Assembly: GCA_027621915.1 (NCBI GenBank)
Contig: JAQCAD010000013.1
Span: forward strand, 4,387-68,386
Reading direction: 5' to 3'
DNA: 64,000 bases
Source of the DNA: Pseudomonadota bacterium
GTDB taxonomy: Bacteria; Pseudomonadota; Gammaproteobacteria; Steroidobacterales; Woeseiaceae
Shown: positions 8,953 to 24,174 of the stretch, one piece after another
Layout of the letters: the number at the start of each line of letters is the position of its first letter
Numbering within the stretch: position 1 is the stretch's first letter
Translations under genes and position numbers: made by a program
The notes under the pieces: generated by a model
Seen by the model: only the letters and a program-made list of their open reading frames with translations
The model's database searches: none
What the model was told of the DNA's origin: nothing

Positions 8953-10101
8953 ATGCGTATCGGTCTTGTCGCTGGTGAGTCTTCCGGCGATCTCCTGGGC
9001 GCTGGCCTGATAAAGGCGCTAAATCGACTCCGGCCTGGCATCGAATTCGAAGGTGTCGCCGGCCCGGAAATGCAGGCGGCCGGCTGTGTGGCCCTCGAGC
9101 ATGCAGAAGCGCTCGCCGTCATGGGGCTAATTGAACCGATCAGAGAGATTCCGAGGCTGCTCTGTCTGCGCCGCTCGCTCGTTCGCCGGTGGACGGTGAA
9201 CCCACCTGACGTGTTTGTAGGCATTGATGCGCCGGACTTCAATCTTGGTCTCGAAAAAAAATTACACGCGCAAGGCGTCAAAACGGTTCACTACGTGAGC
9301 CCTTCCGTCTGGGCGTGGCGACAGGGTCGTGTGAAAACGATTGCAAAAGCTGCCGACATCGTGCTTTGCCTGTTGCCGTTCGAGAAATCGTTCTACGACC
9401 AACAGGACGTAAAAGCCGAATTTGTTGGTCATCCCATGGCGGACCGGCTACCGCTTTTCCCCGATACGACGCGAGCTCGAACGGAGCTGGGAATTGACAC
9501 AGGTGGCGCGTCGAAAGTGCTGGCGGTACTGCCTGGCAGCAGGCATAGCGAAGTGTCCAGGGTTGGTCCGATCTTTGCACAAACTTGTGCCAGGCTCGCC
9601 GCGGCGGACCCCGGCCTCGTATTTGTTGCACCGATGGCAACGCCTCGCCTTAGGTCACTGTTCGCAAGCCAGCTGGCCGAGGCCGGCGTCGCAGACCGTT
9701 TCGTGCTGATTGACGGACAAGCGGAAACCGTCATTACGTCGGCGGACGTTGTGTTGCTCGTCTTCGGAACCGCTTCGCTGCAAACCGCGCTGTTGCAGAA
9801 ACCAATGGTGGGCGCTCATCGGGTCGCGTTTTTGACCTATGCGATCGCCAAAGGTCTAAACCTGGTAAAGGTGCCGTACTATTCTCTACCCAACCTTCTG
9901 ACGGATGAGCCGCTGGTGCCTGAATTTTTGCAAAATGAGGCGCGCCCGGACGCTCTTGCCGCGGCCCTCGATCGTTTGCTCGGCAACGCCGAGGAACGAC
10001 AGCGAATTGCCAGTCAATTCGGTGCCATCCGCAAGGTGCTTGCACGAGGCGCTGACGAGCGAGCGGCAGAAGCCGTATTGTCACTGGCGATGCGATCTTG
10101 A
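8953..10101 (+). CDS. lpxB: Lipid-A-disaccharide synthase
   Basis: [21 protein letters not shown]-terminus, [16 protein letters not shown]. 382 aa. Confidence 0.93.
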   Translation: MRIGLVAGESSGDLLGAGLIKALNRLRPGIEFEGVAGPEMQAAGCVALEHAEALAVMGLIEPIREIPRLLCLRRSLVRRWTVNPPDVFVGIDAPDFNLGLEKKLHAQGVKTVHYVSPSVWAWRQGRVKTIAKAADIVLCLLPFEKSFYDQQDVKAEFVGHPMADRLPLFPDTTRARTELGIDTGGASKVLAVLPGSRHSEVSRVGPIFAQTCARLAAADPGLVFVAPMATPRLRSLFASQLAEAGVADRFVLIDGQAETVITSADVVLLVFGTASLQTALLQKPMVGAHRVAFLTYAIAKGLNLVKVPYYSLPNLLTDEPLVPEFLQNEARPDALAAALDRLLGNAEERQRIASQFGAIRKVLARGADERAAEAVLSLAMRS

Positions 10102-10700
10102 AGCGATTGCAGCAGTCGGTATCCTTCAGTGACCTGGTTGCAGGCGTCGATGAGGCTGGCAGGGGGCCGCTTGCCGGACCAGTGGTGGCCGCAGCAGTCA
10201 TACTTGACAGGAAACGCCCGATTATCGGTCTGGCGGACTCCAAAGTCCTTAGCGAAAAACGTCGCGACGAGCTCACGATTCAAATTACCGCGCGGGCACT
10301 GGCATGGTCTGTTGCGTGGGCCGATGCAGCGGAGATCGATCGTATCAACATCCTCCAGGCGACTTTTCTGGCCATGCGGCGTGCATTGCTCGGTCTGCGG
10401 TTCCGACCAGACCTGGTCGAAGTTGACGGTAATCGGCTGCCTGATCTGTGCTTTGGCGACCATCACCTGAGCGGCAATGCTATTGTCGGCGGCGATGCAA
10501 GAATTCCCGCAATCAGCGCTGCGTCAATCATTGCCAAGGTACACCGTGACCGCATGATGCGGAGTATTGACACGTTGTACCCTGATTACGGTTTCCGGCA
10601 GCACAAGGGTTATCCTACCGCAGCGCACCGCGATTGTTTGAGCCGTCTGGGTCCGTGCCCACAGCATCGTCGTTCCTTCCGACCCGTTTCTTCATTTTGA
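10098..10700 (+). CDS. rnhB: Ribonuclease HII
   Basis: [20 protein letters not shown] catalytic motif. TTGA overlap with the lpxB stop. Confidence 0.93.
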   Translation: MKRLQQSVSFSDLVAGVDEAGRGPLAGPVVAAAVILDRKRPIIGLADSKVLSEKRRDELTIQITARALAWSVAWADAAEIDRINILQATFLAMRRALLGLRFRPDLVEVDGNRLPDLCFGDHHLSGNAIVGGDARIPAISAASIIAKVHRDRMMRSIDTLYPDYGFRQHKGYPTAAHRDCLSRLGPCPQHRRSFRPVSSF

Positions 10701-10790
10701 TAGATTGAAATTAATAGTCAGTGAGCCGATCATTCCATAACCGGGTTGAGCGCACCGCGCCAGCCGATCACCAGAAGCTGATATAAATTC

Positions 10791-13700
10791 GTGGCGAGAC
10801 CTTTCGTTCATTTACAGGTACATACCGAGTATTCCATCGTCGACAGTACGGTGCGAATTCCATTATTGATGGCGCGTTGTGCCGAATTCGAAATGCCGGC
10901 GGTCGCGCTCACGGATCAAAGCAACCTCTTCGGTCTTATCAAGTTTTATCGAAAAGCGTTTGCACACGGCATAAAGCCGCTGATTGGTGTCGACGTCAGG
11001 ATAAGGAATGCAGAGGAAGACGACCGGCCATTCAGCCTCTCGCTCCTTTGCCAGAATCTGGTTGGTTACCGTAATTTGACGAGACTGATTACTCGTTCAT
11101 ACATTGAAGGACAGTATCGCGGCATGCCGATGGTGGATCCGGCATGGATGGACGTTGACACGACTGCAGGGCTTATTGCGTTGTCGGGTGGACTCAATGG
11201 CGATATAGGCAGGGCATTATCGGCAGGTCATCCCGAGCTTGCCGCTGATCGAATGGATCGTTGGAAGAATTTGTTTGGCGATCGCTTTTATGTGTCAGTC
11301 ACGCGGATGGGCCGGCCCGGAGAAGAGTCCTGTTTGCAGTCAGTACTAAAACTGGCAGCCGGTAAATCGCTACCTGTCGTAGCGACCAATGATGTGCGTT
11401 TTATCGCTGCCAATGATTTTAATGCACATGAAGCACGTGTTTGTATTCAGCAAGGGCGGACGCTTGCCGATCCAGACCGGCCGCGCAACTATAGCGAACA
11501 GCAATATCTGAAAAGTAGCGACGAAATGGTGGCGTTGTTCGAGGATATTCCTGAAGCTATCGACAACACGATTGAGATCGCGCGTCGTTGCAACCTTGAT
11601 CTTCGTCTCGGCGAGACTTTTCTGCCTGCATTTCCAGTACCTGACGGACAGACAACTGACGAATTTCTATGCGCTGAGTCCGTTGCCGGACTCGAATCCT
11701 TTCTGCAAAGGAAAATGTTGCAGGACGATATCGCCGCGGACCAGTTTAATATCGTCGCTGCGCCATACAAGGCACGACTTGGCGATGAACTGAAAGTCAT
11801 TTGCGATATGGGGTTTCCAGGCTATTTTCTGATCGTCGCCGATTTCATACGCTGGGCGAAAGAGCATGAGATACCAGTTGGGCCGGGCAGGGGATCAGGC
11901 GCTGGGTCACTCGTTGCCTTTGTGCTTGGTATTACCGATCTGGATCCACTCGAATATGACTTGCTGTTCGAGCGGTTCTTGAATCCTGAACGCGTATCGA
12001 TGCCGGATTTTGACATTGATTTCTGCATGGAAGGGCGCGACCGAGTCATTGAATACGTCGCCGAACGTTACGGCCGCGAACGGGTTTCCCAAATAATTAC
12101 CTATGGCACGATGGCGGCGAGGGCTGTAATTCGGGATGTTGGTCGAGTGCTGGGCCATCCCTATGGATTCGTCGACAAGATCGCGAAACAGGTCCCCTTT
12201 GAAGTTGGCATTACTCTCGACAAGGCACTCGAGGACGAGGAAGAACTTGCTCGCATGTACCGCGAGGACGAGGAGGTCACCGGTCTAATCGACCTGGCCA
12301 AGTCGCTTGAGGGGCTGGTTCGAAATGCAGGCAAGCATGCCGGTGGCGTGGTTATCGCGCCCGATAAACTGACCGATTTCACGCCGCTTTATTGTGAGGA
12401 AGGTGGCGTCAATACGGTTACACAACTCGACAAGGATGATGTCGAAGCGGCTGGCCTGGTCAAATTCGATTTTCTCGGGTTGAAAACGCTTACGATCATC
12501 GATTGGGCGGTTCGAACGATCAACGCGACTGATCCTGATCGCAAACTCGATATTACCGGCATTCCGAAAGACGACAAAAAAACGTTTCGGCTGTTGCAAG
12601 CTTGTAGAACACGTGCCGTCTTTCAGCTCGAATCTCGCGGAATGCGAGATCTGGTTAAACGACTGCGGCCCGATCATTTCGACGATCTGGTCGCCCTGGT
12701 TGCGCTTTTTCGCCCAGGGCCATTGCAGTCGGGCATGGTCGATGATTTCGTAGCGCGCAAGCACGATGTCAATAAAGCTGATATTGATTATCTGCATCCT
12801 GACCTGACATCGATTCTCGAACCGACGTACGGCGTTATCCTGTACCAGGAGCAGGTAATGCAGATTGCGCAGGTCCTCGCCGGCTATACGCTCGGCGCAG
12901 CCGACTTGCTGCGTCGAGCGATGGGAAAGAAAAAGCCCGAGGAAATGGCCAAGCAACGTGAGTTTTTCCTGAGGGGCTCGATGTCGCGAGGTGTTGAAGA
13001 AAGAACAGCGACACGTATTTTCGATTTGATGGAGAAGTTTGCGGGTTACGGATTCAACAAGTCGCATTCCGCCGCCTATGCACTGCTCTCCTACCAGACC
13101 GGCTATCTGAAGGCGAATTACCCCGCAGCCTTCATGGCGGCTGCGATGAGCGCAGACCTCGATCACACGGATCGGCTGGTCATGGTTAAAGATGATTGCC
13201 GCAAACTGGGATTAAAGGTGTTAACGCCGAGCATCAACAGTTCGTCATACCATTTCAGCGTAAACGGTGATCAGGCGATTCTCTACGGGCTTGGCGCGAT
13301 CAAAGGTGTTGGTCGCGGCGTAGTGGAATCGATCATTGAAGAACGGGAAAAAGCGGGTGAATTTAAGAGCCTGAAGGAATTCTGTCGGCGCTCGGACACG
13401 GAGAAGATCAACAAACGAGCGCTTGAAGCAATGATCAAATCTGGCGCGATGGACGATTTTAGGCTTTCCCGCCGACAGCTTGTGCAGGAAATGCCTGAGG
13501 CATTAAAGAGCGCCGACCAGGAGGCCAAAGCCAAAGCGGCTGGTCAGGACGATATGTTTGGACTAGCCGAGCCCGTCAAGGTCGAAGAGTTGGCGCCCCA
13601 GGCGAAAATGGCTGAGTGGAGTGAGCGGGAATTCCTGGCTAACGAAAAAGAGGCGCTCGGTTTGTATCTGACCGGGCATCCTTTTGACGCGGTTCGTCAG

Positions 13701-14309
13701 GATGCGTATTGCCTGGTCGATGGCAAGCTTGCAGACATCGCGTCGGAGCCGGCCCCTCAAACCAGCAGCGGCGAACGTAACTATGCGCAGCCTCGCCGCG
13801 AAGTGACCGTCGCGGGGCTGATAATGGACGTACGAAAACGCGGTAATCGGGTGACGGTCGTTCTGGACGACGACTCGGGGAGGCTCGAAGTCAGTCTTTT
13901 TACGGAAACGTTTCACGAGTTTCAGCATCTGTTGGGTAAAGACGAAATTGTTGTGGTTAGCGGGACATTAAGATTCGATGACTTTATGGGTGCCTGGCAG
14001 GTCAATGCGAAAACCGTTCAACCACTTGATCGAGTTATTGAGTCCAGCGCAAGGAGCATGATATTGAGCCTCGCGCCAAACGGGCAGGGTCAGCGATTGC
14101 TTCACCGGCTCCATGACGTACTGTTGCCTTATCGTGAGGGAAACTGTGATGTTGCGGTGCAATATGTCGGTAACGATGCTGCCGCGCGACTGAATCTGGG
14201 CCCGGACTGGTCCGTCCGGCCAAGCCGTGAGCTGCGGGACAAATTGACCGAGCTTCTGGGCCAGAATAGTGTGAGATTGCTGTACACACCTGGCCGGGAA
14301 ATGCGGTAG
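10791..14309 (+). CDS. dnaE: DNA polymerase III alpha subunit
   Basis: 1172 aa. PHP domain ([11 protein letters not shown]), [34 protein letters not shown]-terminal OB fold. Confidence 0.97.
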   Translation: MARPFVHLQVHTEYSIVDSTVRIPLLMARCAEFEMPAVALTDQSNLFGLIKFYRKAFAHGIKPLIGVDVRIRNAEEDDRPFSLSLLCQNLVGYRNLTRLITRSYIEGQYRGMPMVDPAWMDVDTTAGLIALSGGLNGDIGRALSAGHPELAADRMDRWKNLFGDRFYVSVTRMGRPGEESCLQSVLKLAAGKSLPVVATNDVRFIAANDFNAHEARVCIQQGRTLADPDRPRNYSEQQYLKSSDEMVALFEDIPEAIDNTIEIARRCNLDLRLGETFLPAFPVPDGQTTDEFLCAESVAGLESFLQRKMLQDDIAADQFNIVAAPYKARLGDELKVICDMGFPGYFLIVADFIRWAKEHEIPVGPGRGSGAGSLVAFVLGITDLDPLEYDLLFERFLNPERVSMPDFDIDFCMEGRDRVIEYVAERYGRERVSQIITYGTMAARAVIRDVGRVLGHPYGFVDKIAKQVPFEVGITLDKALEDEEELARMYREDEEVTGLIDLAKSLEGLVRNAGKHAGGVVIAPDKLTDFTPLYCEEGGVNTVTQLDKDDVEAAGLVKFDFLGLKTLTIIDWAVRTINATDPDRKLDITGIPKDDKKTFRLLQACRTRAVFQLESRGMRDLVKRLRPDHFDDLVALVALFRPGPLQSGMVDDFVARKHDVNKADIDYLHPDLTSILEPTYGVILYQEQVMQIAQVLAGYTLGAADLLRRAMGKKKPEEMAKQREFFLRGSMSRGVEERTATRIFDLMEKFAGYGFNKSHSAAYALLSYQTGYLKANYPAAFMAAAMSADLDHTDRLVMVKDDCRKLGLKVLTPSINSSSYHFSVNGDQAILYGLGAIKGVGRGVVESIIEEREKAGEFKSLKEFCRRSDTEKINKRALEAMIKSGAMDDFRLSRRQLVQEMPEALKSADQEAKAKAAGQDDMFGLAEPVKVEELAPQAKMAEWSEREFLANEKEALGLYLTGHPFDAVRQDAYCLVDGKLADIASEPAPQTSSGERNYAQPRREVTVAGLIMDVRKRGNRVTVVLDDDSGRLEVSLFTETFHEFQHLLGKDEIVVVSGTLRFDDFMGAWQVNAKTVQPLDRVIESSARSMILSLAPNGQGQRLLHRLHDVLLPYREGNCDVAVQYVGNDAAARLNLGPDWSVRPSRELRDKLTELLGQNSVRLLYTPGREMR

Positions 14310-14386
14310 AGTCTCACTTCTGCGCCACTGTCCTACTGTTTGAGGGCAATGGCGATTTTGTCTGGGCATGCGCCGAATCAAAAAAT

Positions 14387-15346
14387 ATGGACCTTAAATT
14401 TCTTGAATTCGAACAACCTATTGCGGAACTCGAAGCAAAAATCGACGAGCTTCGTTATGTCGGCAATGATCCTGAGATCAATATCAATGACGAAGTCGCG
14501 CGACTCAAATCCAAAAGCGAGGCTCTGACCAAGAGCATCTTCTCAAAACTCAGCGCGTGGCAGATCGCGCAGATTGCCAGGCACCCGATGCGGCCTTACA
14601 CGGCTGATTACCTCACGCAAATTGCGCCGGATTTCCAGGAGCTGCATGGCGACCGGATGTATGCAGACGACCACGCCATTATCGGTGGCATTGGTCGGCT
14701 GGATGGCCGTCCGGTCATGTTTATTGGTCATCAAAAAGGGCGCGATACGAAGGAGCGCGTGCGGCGCAACTATGGAATGCCCAAGCCAGAAGGTTATCGG
14801 AAAGCACAACGCTTAATGAAGCTGGCACAAAAGTTTTCGCTTCCAATCGTCACTTTTATTGATACGCCTGGTGCCTATCCTGGCCTCGGCGCAGAGGAGC
14901 GCGGTCAAAGTGAAGCCATCGCGTACAGCCTGTTCCTGATGGCCAAACTGCGGACGCCAATTATCAGCGTAGTTATTGGTGAGGGTGGCTCAGGCGGTGC
15001 ACTGGCGATCGGTGTCTGTGACCGCCTGCTGATGCTGCAGTACGGGATCTATTCAGTCATCTCGCCGGAAGGCTGTGCTTCCATTCTATGGAAAAGTGCC
15101 GATAAGGCGCAGGAAGCTGCAGAAGCGATGAAGATTACTGCGAGGAGCCTGAACGAATTCGGACTGGTCGACGAAGTGCTGCCGGAGCCGCTGGGTGCCG
15201 CGCATCGTGACCCGTTGGCAATGGGCGAAGTCATTCGTAATGCGTTGCTCAAACATCTTGCCGATCTGGATCGGCTGAGTACCGATCAACTGGTGGAACA
15301 ACGCGCGCAACGCCTTGCCGGGTTCGGCCAATACAAAGAAGGGTAA
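14387..15346 (+). CDS. accA: Acetyl-CoA carboxylase carboxyltransferase alpha subunit
   Basis: [23 protein letters not shown] motif. 319 aa. Confidence 0.96.
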   Translation: MDLKFLEFEQPIAELEAKIDELRYVGNDPEININDEVARLKSKSEALTKSIFSKLSAWQIAQIARHPMRPYTADYLTQIAPDFQELHGDRMYADDHAIIGGIGRLDGRPVMFIGHQKGRDTKERVRRNYGMPKPEGYRKAQRLMKLAQKFSLPIVTFIDTPGAYPGLGAEERGQSEAIAYSLFLMAKLRTPIISVVIGEGGSGGALAIGVCDRLLMLQYGIYSVISPEGCASILWKSADKAQEAAEAMKITARSLNEFGLVDEVLPEPLGAAHRDPLAMGEVIRNALLKHLADLDRLSTDQLVEQRAQRLAGFGQYKEG

Positions 15347-15376
15347 ACTGTCCGCAACGATGCAACGGACCGGTTT

Positions 15377-16702
15377 GTGACTTTCGATTCAAATCAACTA
15401 ATTGAACGGCTGCAGCATTTGACGGCCGGTAGTCCCTGTCGCCGCTGGGTTGTTGCGTATAGCGGTGGTGTCGATTCGACGGTTCTCTTGCATGCCCTCG
15501 CTGTTTCAACGTACGCATCAGATATCATCGCAGTACACATCGACCATGGTCTGCACCCTGATTCTTCCCGCTGGGAAAAGCACTGCCGTGATTTCGCGGG
15601 CACACTCCGTGTAGGCTACGAGAGCCGGCGCGTTTCCAAGGCAGAGAAAATGGAAAACGGCCCGGAATCTGCTGCACGTTCTGCCCGGTACGACGCATTC
15701 CGTAGTTTCATAAAGCCTGGTGATTGCTTGCTCAGCGCTCATCACGAAAACGACCAGGCCGAAACCCTTTTGTTGAACCTGATGCGTGGCAGCGGCCCGG
15801 CAGGCCTGGCCGGCATTGGCTCGATTCAGTCCTTTGGGCTCGGACAACTGCTGCGGCCGATGCTTGGCGTGCCAGGTGACGCGATTGAGGCTTATGCAAG
15901 GCAACACGGCCTGACCTGGGTTGATGACCCGTCGAACGACGATTCCCGTTTTGACCGAAATTTTCTGCGGAACGCAATTCTTCCTGAACTGGCGGCACGT
16001 TGGCCGGCCGTTTCGAATCGACTGCGTCGCAGCGCAGAGCTGATCGGAGAGGCAAGCGAGTTGCTGAATGACCTTGCGGACATTGATCTGAAAACGCTCG
16101 GGGAGCCTGGGAAGCTGGGAATCACCAGATTGCGGCAGTTGTCCGCCGTGCGCCAACGCAACGTATTGAGACGCGCCGTTCGCCTCTGTGGTCTGCCACC
16201 GCCGCCGGCAACGCGGCTGCACCAGTTGATCGACGAGCTACTACCGGCACGTGCCGACGCACAGCCGCTGGTGACATGGGCCGGTGCTGAGGTGCGCCGC
16301 TTTCGCGACTCCCTGTTTGTCATGCCGCCCCTTCCGGACGTCGCTGGCGACGATGCCGGGATGCTCGTACCAGGGACATCTGTTTCGCTAGGCAGCGGCC
16401 TCGGATCAGTCAGCCTTGTTGAGGACGGGGGGGCGGGAATTGATCCTGCGCAGGCTAATACCGGTATAGCGATTCGGTATCGGCACGGAGGAGAGACGAT
16501 TCGAATTGATAGTCGTGGCCCGACCAGAAAGTTGAAAACATTGTTGCAGGAAGAGGGTATCGTCCCGTGGATGCGGCCCAGACTGCCTTTGTTGTTCGCG
16601 AACGACCGTTTGCTTGCTGTTGCCGATCTGTGGGTGGCGGTGGATTGTCTCGCCAGCCCGGGACTTAAAGTTAAATGGTTCGATCGTCCCGCACTTAAGT
16701 AG
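15377..16702 (+). CDS. tilS: tRNA(Ile)-lysidine synthase
   Basis: PP-loop VAYSGGVDSTVLL, HHENDQAET, C-terminal TilS domain. GTG start. Confidence 0.9.
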   Translation: MTFDSNQLIERLQHLTAGSPCRRWVVAYSGGVDSTVLLHALAVSTYASDIIAVHIDHGLHPDSSRWEKHCRDFAGTLRVGYESRRVSKAEKMENGPESAARSARYDAFRSFIKPGDCLLSAHHENDQAETLLLNLMRGSGPAGLAGIGSIQSFGLGQLLRPMLGVPGDAIEAYARQHGLTWVDDPSNDDSRFDRNFLRNAILPELAARWPAVSNRLRRSAELIGEASELLNDLADIDLKTLGEPGKLGITRLRQLSAVRQRNVLRRAVRLCGLPPPPATRLHQLIDELLPARADAQPLVTWAGAEVRRFRDSLFVMPPLPDVAGDDAGMLVPGTSVSLGSGLGSVSLVEDGGAGIDPAQANTGIAIRYRHGGETIRIDSRGPTRKLKTLLQEEGIVPWMRPRLPLLFANDRLLAVADLWVAVDCLASPGLKVKWFDRPALK

Positions 16703-16844
16703 CCCGATCGCATTGTGGTGACCGCAGTGTTCTGATAACTTGTAACACCGTCTTTAATCAAACGACGGGTCTTATCAAGAAGCCCCTGAAACACCCACTA
16801 AGGCTTCTTCCGGGATGGATTAACAGCACTTTCGCGTGCGCTAA

Positions 16845-19402
<2,558 letters not shown>

Positions 19403-19458
19403 CTAACAGTTGTCGTCACTTCGATGACGATGTTCGAAAAAAAAGATTGCCGAACTAA

Positions 19459-20862
<1,404 letters not shown>

Positions 20863-20867
20863 CATGA

Positions 20868-21203
20868 ATGACAAAAGGATTCGGACTGTTGGAGATGCGC
20901 TGGATAATGCTCGTCCTGGCGATCGCGGGTTTGGCGATGCAGGGCCAGCTGTGGCTATTCGACTCGGGTGTCTCCAAGTCTCGTGATCTTCACAACGCCG
21001 TGCTCGAGCAAAGCAGGGAAAACGAGGACCTCCGGAATCGCAATGCGGCTCTGGAGGCAGAGGTCGTCAATCTCAAAAAAGGAAAATCCGCCGCTGAAGA
21101 GCGCGCGAGAACTGATCTGGGCATGATTGGCAGGTCGGAGACTTTCTACCAGGTCGTTCCGGCTGGTCGTGACAGACTCCTCGCCCATGCCCCCCGTAAT
21201 TAG
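20868..21203 (+). CDS. ftsB: Cell division protein FtsB
   Basis: Single TM, then leucine-zipper coiled coil, then ERARTDLGMIGRSETFYQVV (FtsB C-terminal motif). The true start may be ATG 20895 (MRWIMLVL...). Confidence 0.85.
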   Translation: MTKGFGLLEMRWIMLVLAIAGLAMQGQLWLFDSGVSKSRDLHNAVLEQSRENEDLRNRNAALEAEVVNLKKGKSAAEERARTDLGMIGRSETFYQVVPAGRDRLLAHAPRN

Positions 21204-22215
21204 CGGGCTCCCTGACTGGCAGCGCGCACATGGTGACCCGGTATTTCAAGGGTTTATCAAGCAAACCCCTAGTGATTTCCAGGTAACAGAATTGCTCGGA
21301 TTTTCACCGTCCGGTGACGGCGAGCATGATTTCTTGTGGGTTGAGAAAGCCGGCGCCAATACGGTGTGGGTCGCTCGTGCGCTGGCCGAGCACGCAAAGG
21401 TGGCGGATCGGGATGTCGGCTATGCCGGGTTGAAGGATCGCCATGCCGTGACTCGGCAATGGTTCAGTGTGCGAAGGCCGTCCGGCGAGGGGACGGACTG
21501 GCGAAACTATCAGCAGACAGGCGTGCGGATTCTCGAAATCAGCAGAAACCAGCGCAAGCTGAAGCGCGGCGCGAATCGCGCGAATCGCTTTCGTATTGTG
21601 GTCAGCGGCACGCAAGTTGATTGCGACGCCGTTACCGAAAGACTCCAAGTCATTCGCGACAAGGGTGTGCCGAATTATTTCGGCGAGCAGCGCTTTGGTC
21701 GCGACGGCGGAAACCTGCAGCTGGTGACCGAACTGTTTAGCGGCAAGCGACTCAAAAGGGACAAACGCAGCATCGCATTATCCTCGGCGCGGTCTTTCCT
21801 GTTTAACGAGATTCTGCAGGCAAGGGTGATCGACAACAACTGGGCAAAGGCTTTGCCCGGTGAGTTGTTGAATCTCGATGGGACCGGTAGCGTTTTTGTT
21901 CCAGAGGCCCTGGACGAAGAGATCGAATTGCGGCTGCAAAGCCTCGATGTGCACCCGACAGGTGCATTGTGGGGCAGGGGTGATCCAGCTGGAGCCGGCA
22001 AGGCAATTGAATACGATCGAGCCGCTGCCGCGAAGTCACCTGAGCTTGCAACGGGACTGGAAAAATTCGGACTCAGTCAATCGCGACGTGCGCTGAGACT
22101 GCCGGTCCGGGAAATGAAGTGGGAATTCGCCGACGAGCGATTGACTCTGGAGTTCGATCTGTCGAGCGGCTCATTTGCGACGGTCGTGCTTAGAGAAATA
22201 CTGGGAAACGAGTAA
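21187..22215 (+). CDS. truD: tRNA pseudouridine(13) synthase TruD
   Basis: GYAGLKDRHAVTRQWFS (catalytic Asp motif) and NYFGEQRFG. Start taken at ATG 21187 (MPPVISGLPDW...), overlapping the ftsB end by 17 nt. Confidence 0.9.
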   Translation: MPPVISGLPDWQRAHGDPVFQGFIKQTPSDFQVTELLGFSPSGDGEHDFLWVEKAGANTVWVARALAEHAKVADRDVGYAGLKDRHAVTRQWFSVRRPSGEGTDWRNYQQTGVRILEISRNQRKLKRGANRANRFRIVVSGTQVDCDAVTERLQVIRDKGVPNYFGEQRFGRDGGNLQLVTELFSGKRLKRDKRSIALSSARSFLFNEILQARVIDNNWAKALPGELLNLDGTGSVFVPEALDEEIELRLQSLDVHPTGALWGRGDPAGAGKAIEYDRAAAAKSPELATGLEKFGLSQSRRALRLPVREMKWEFADERLTLEFDLSSGSFATVVLREILGNE

Positions 22216-22493
22216 ACTCGGCGCCATCGGACGTAACCGAGGCCATAAACAAGGACGCCGCTATTGACTTCAACCAATTTCCGCGCGCTCGCAGACGGGA
22301 CACGATCTTGCTGATCGATGACATCCGCCTGGAATAGCGCGGTGTCAAGCCAGACGGCCAGCGGCTATCAGACTGACCCTTTCCCTGCCGATTTTTTTGC
22401 TAAGCTTGCTGGACAACTAATCGCGTCCCTAGCGGTCGAATTATTCACAGCCCAAAAAAAGCAACGAATTGGCGTGGATGGAAGGAGAGACAA

Positions 22494-22946
22494 ATGGAGA
22501 CAGCCTGGATTCAGGTATTTGTTCTGACATTGACTCAGTGCATTGCCCCAGTGGGAAAAATGGTTTGTCAGGAAGAAGCCGTCGAATATTATTTTGCCAA
22601 TGAAGATGACTGCGCGAGTGCTCTCGTCCAGATGATCGACCTGGCAGCCAGAGCGGACAACATCCTGGTTGATCGCGAGAAATCTGATTGCAGGCCGGGA
22701 GTGAAGGAAGCGCGGGTTTTTGCGAGCGCTGAAGAAGCAAGGTCATCCGTTTCCCCCGGTAGTGATGTTGTTCTGATTGATGACAAAATGCCGCCACCGG
22801 ACTTCATGAAATCCAGTCATGATGCAAGGCTGAACGAAACGAAGTCGTGCGAGGAAACGGACGGCGTGGCCCCGTGCCGAATTGGCGACATCATTATCGA
22901 AGCGGCAGCAGAAGTTCCAAAATCTCAGGTCTGGCGTCAGCAGTAA
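22494..22946 (+). CDS. Hypothetical protein with hydrophobic N-terminus and 6 Cys (possible secreted or membrane-anchored protein)
   Basis: 150-aa ORF preceded by GGAAGGAGAG 4 nt upstream of the ATG. N-terminus TAWIQVFVLTLTQCIAPVG. No family recognised. The 5' part looks locally AT-richer than its neighbours. Confidence 0.55.
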   Translation: METAWIQVFVLTLTQCIAPVGKMVCQEEAVEYYFANEDDCASALVQMIDLAARADNILVDREKSDCRPGVKEARVFASAEEARSSVSPGSDVVLIDDKMPPPDFMKSSHDARLNETKSCEETDGVAPCRIGDIIIEAAAEVPKSQVWRQQ

Positions 22947-22984
22947 GTGGATAGCGGTAAGACGCGAGCCAAAGTTCACCTGAA

Positions 22985-24169
22985 TTGCGTTCATTCGATG
23001 TCCTGATCATCGGCGGCGGCGCTGCCGGTCTTATGGCTGCCATCGAAGCCGGCAAGCGCGGTCGACGCGTACTGGTGTTGGAAGGCTCGAACAAGATCGG
23101 CAAGAAAATTCTGATGTCCGGCGGCGGCCGATGTAATTTCACGAATCTGTATTGTGCGCCGGAAAATTTTCTCTCCGCGAATCCGCGTTTCTGTATTTCG
23201 GCATTGAGCCGTTACACGCCAGCTGATTTTGTTGCCCTGGTCGAGCAACACAAGATTCCCTGGCACGAAAAAACAGCGGGTCAGTTATTCTGCGATCGTT
23301 CGTCCAGGGATATTCTCGCCATGCTCGTGAAAGAGTGCGTGCAAGCGAATGTAACGATTGACGTCGACTGCGATATTTCCTCCGTCGTGCGTGGCGAGCA
23401 GTTCATCGTGCGGTCGAATAATAGAGAGTTTAATTCGAAATCGCTGATTGTCGCGACAGGCGGATTGTCGATTCCGAAGATGGGTGCATCGGATTTTGGA
23501 TATCGCATTGCGCGCCAGTTTGGTTTGAAGATACGCGACACCAGCGCGGCACTCGTTCCATTCACATTTTCCGGAGCCACACTGGAGATGACGGGCCGAC
23601 TGTCCGGGATCAGCCTGGAAGCGACGCTCAGTGCGGGCAAACAATCATTCACCGAAGATGTACTGTTTACGCATCGCGGATTGAGCGGGCCTGCTGCGTT
23701 GCAGTTGTCGAGTTACTGGACGCCGGGTAGTGATGTCGAGATCGATTTATTGCCGGAACGGGACGCCGCCGCTTTGCTGCACGAAGGCAAGTCGATTCAC
23801 CCACACGCCCGAATTCGAACCATTTTGTCTGACGTGCTGCCGAGAGCGCTTGTTATAGAGCTTCAGAACATCTTGTGGTCGACGGTTGCCGAACGTCCTG
23901 TGACGGAAATACGCGACGACGAATTACGCCGAATTGGAGCGCAACTGAACGCATGGCAATTGCGACCGTCCGGTACGGAAGGCTACCGAACGGCAGAGGT
24001 CACGCTCGGTGGCGTCGACACTGACGAATTGTCGTCGCAAACGATGGAATGCAAGCGACACGCCGGATTGTATTTCGTTGGTGAATTGGTTGATGTTACC
24101 GGCCAACTGGGTGGATTCAATTTTCAGTGGGCGTGGGCGTCCGGGCACGCAGCCGGCAAGGTTGCTTAG
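22985..24169 (+). CDS. NAD(P)/FAD-dependent oxidoreductase, HI0933/YhiN (BaiN-like) family
   Basis: DVLIIGGGAAGLMAA dinucleotide fold and SGGGRCNFTN motif typical of the YhiN family. 394 aa. TTG start. Confidence 0.85.
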   Translation: MRSFDVLIIGGGAAGLMAAIEAGKRGRRVLVLEGSNKIGKKILMSGGGRCNFTNLYCAPENFLSANPRFCISALSRYTPADFVALVEQHKIPWHEKTAGQLFCDRSSRDILAMLVKECVQANVTIDVDCDISSVVRGEQFIVRSNNREFNSKSLIVATGGLSIPKMGASDFGYRIARQFGLKIRDTSAALVPFTFSGATLEMTGRLSGISLEATLSAGKQSFTEDVLFTHRGLSGPAALQLSSYWTPGSDVEIDLLPERDAAALLHEGKSIHPHARIRTILSDVLPRALVIELQNILWSTVAERPVTEIRDDELRRIGAQLNAWQLRPSGTEGYRTAEVTLGGVDTDELSSQTMECKRHAGLYFVGELVDVTGQLGGFNFQWAWASGHAAGKVA

Positions 24170-24174
24170 CCGGG

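Noticed and set aside
12285-13166. Long antisense ORFs inside well-supported genes: 293 aa opposite dnaE, 300 aa at 15892-16794 opposite tilS, 269 aa at 2535-3344 opposite rseP, 253 aa at 17556-18317 opposite pyrG, 214 aa at 51061-51705 opposite rlmD, and 189 aa at 52962-53531.
   Set aside because: The translations are Arg/Ser/Pro-rich and low-complexity, with no recognisable motifs. Such shadow ORFs are expected opposite genuine genes in moderately GC-rich DNA. The sense-strand genes carry unambiguous signatures.
21160-21203. The ftsB C-terminus YQVVPAGRDR resembles the IspD N-terminal motif (VVPAAGxGxRM), which suggested a relic of ispD.
   Set aside because: FYxxVP is the conserved C-terminal motif of FtsB itself (E. 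coli ETFYRLVP). The similarity to IspD is limited to VVPAG and is explained by FtsB.
22318-22527. A 69-aa ORF in the truD-downstream spacer that overlaps the start of the 150-aa orphan.
   Set aside because: It has no RBS and no recognisable motif, and it overlaps the better-supported ORF, which has a strong Shine-Dalgarno.
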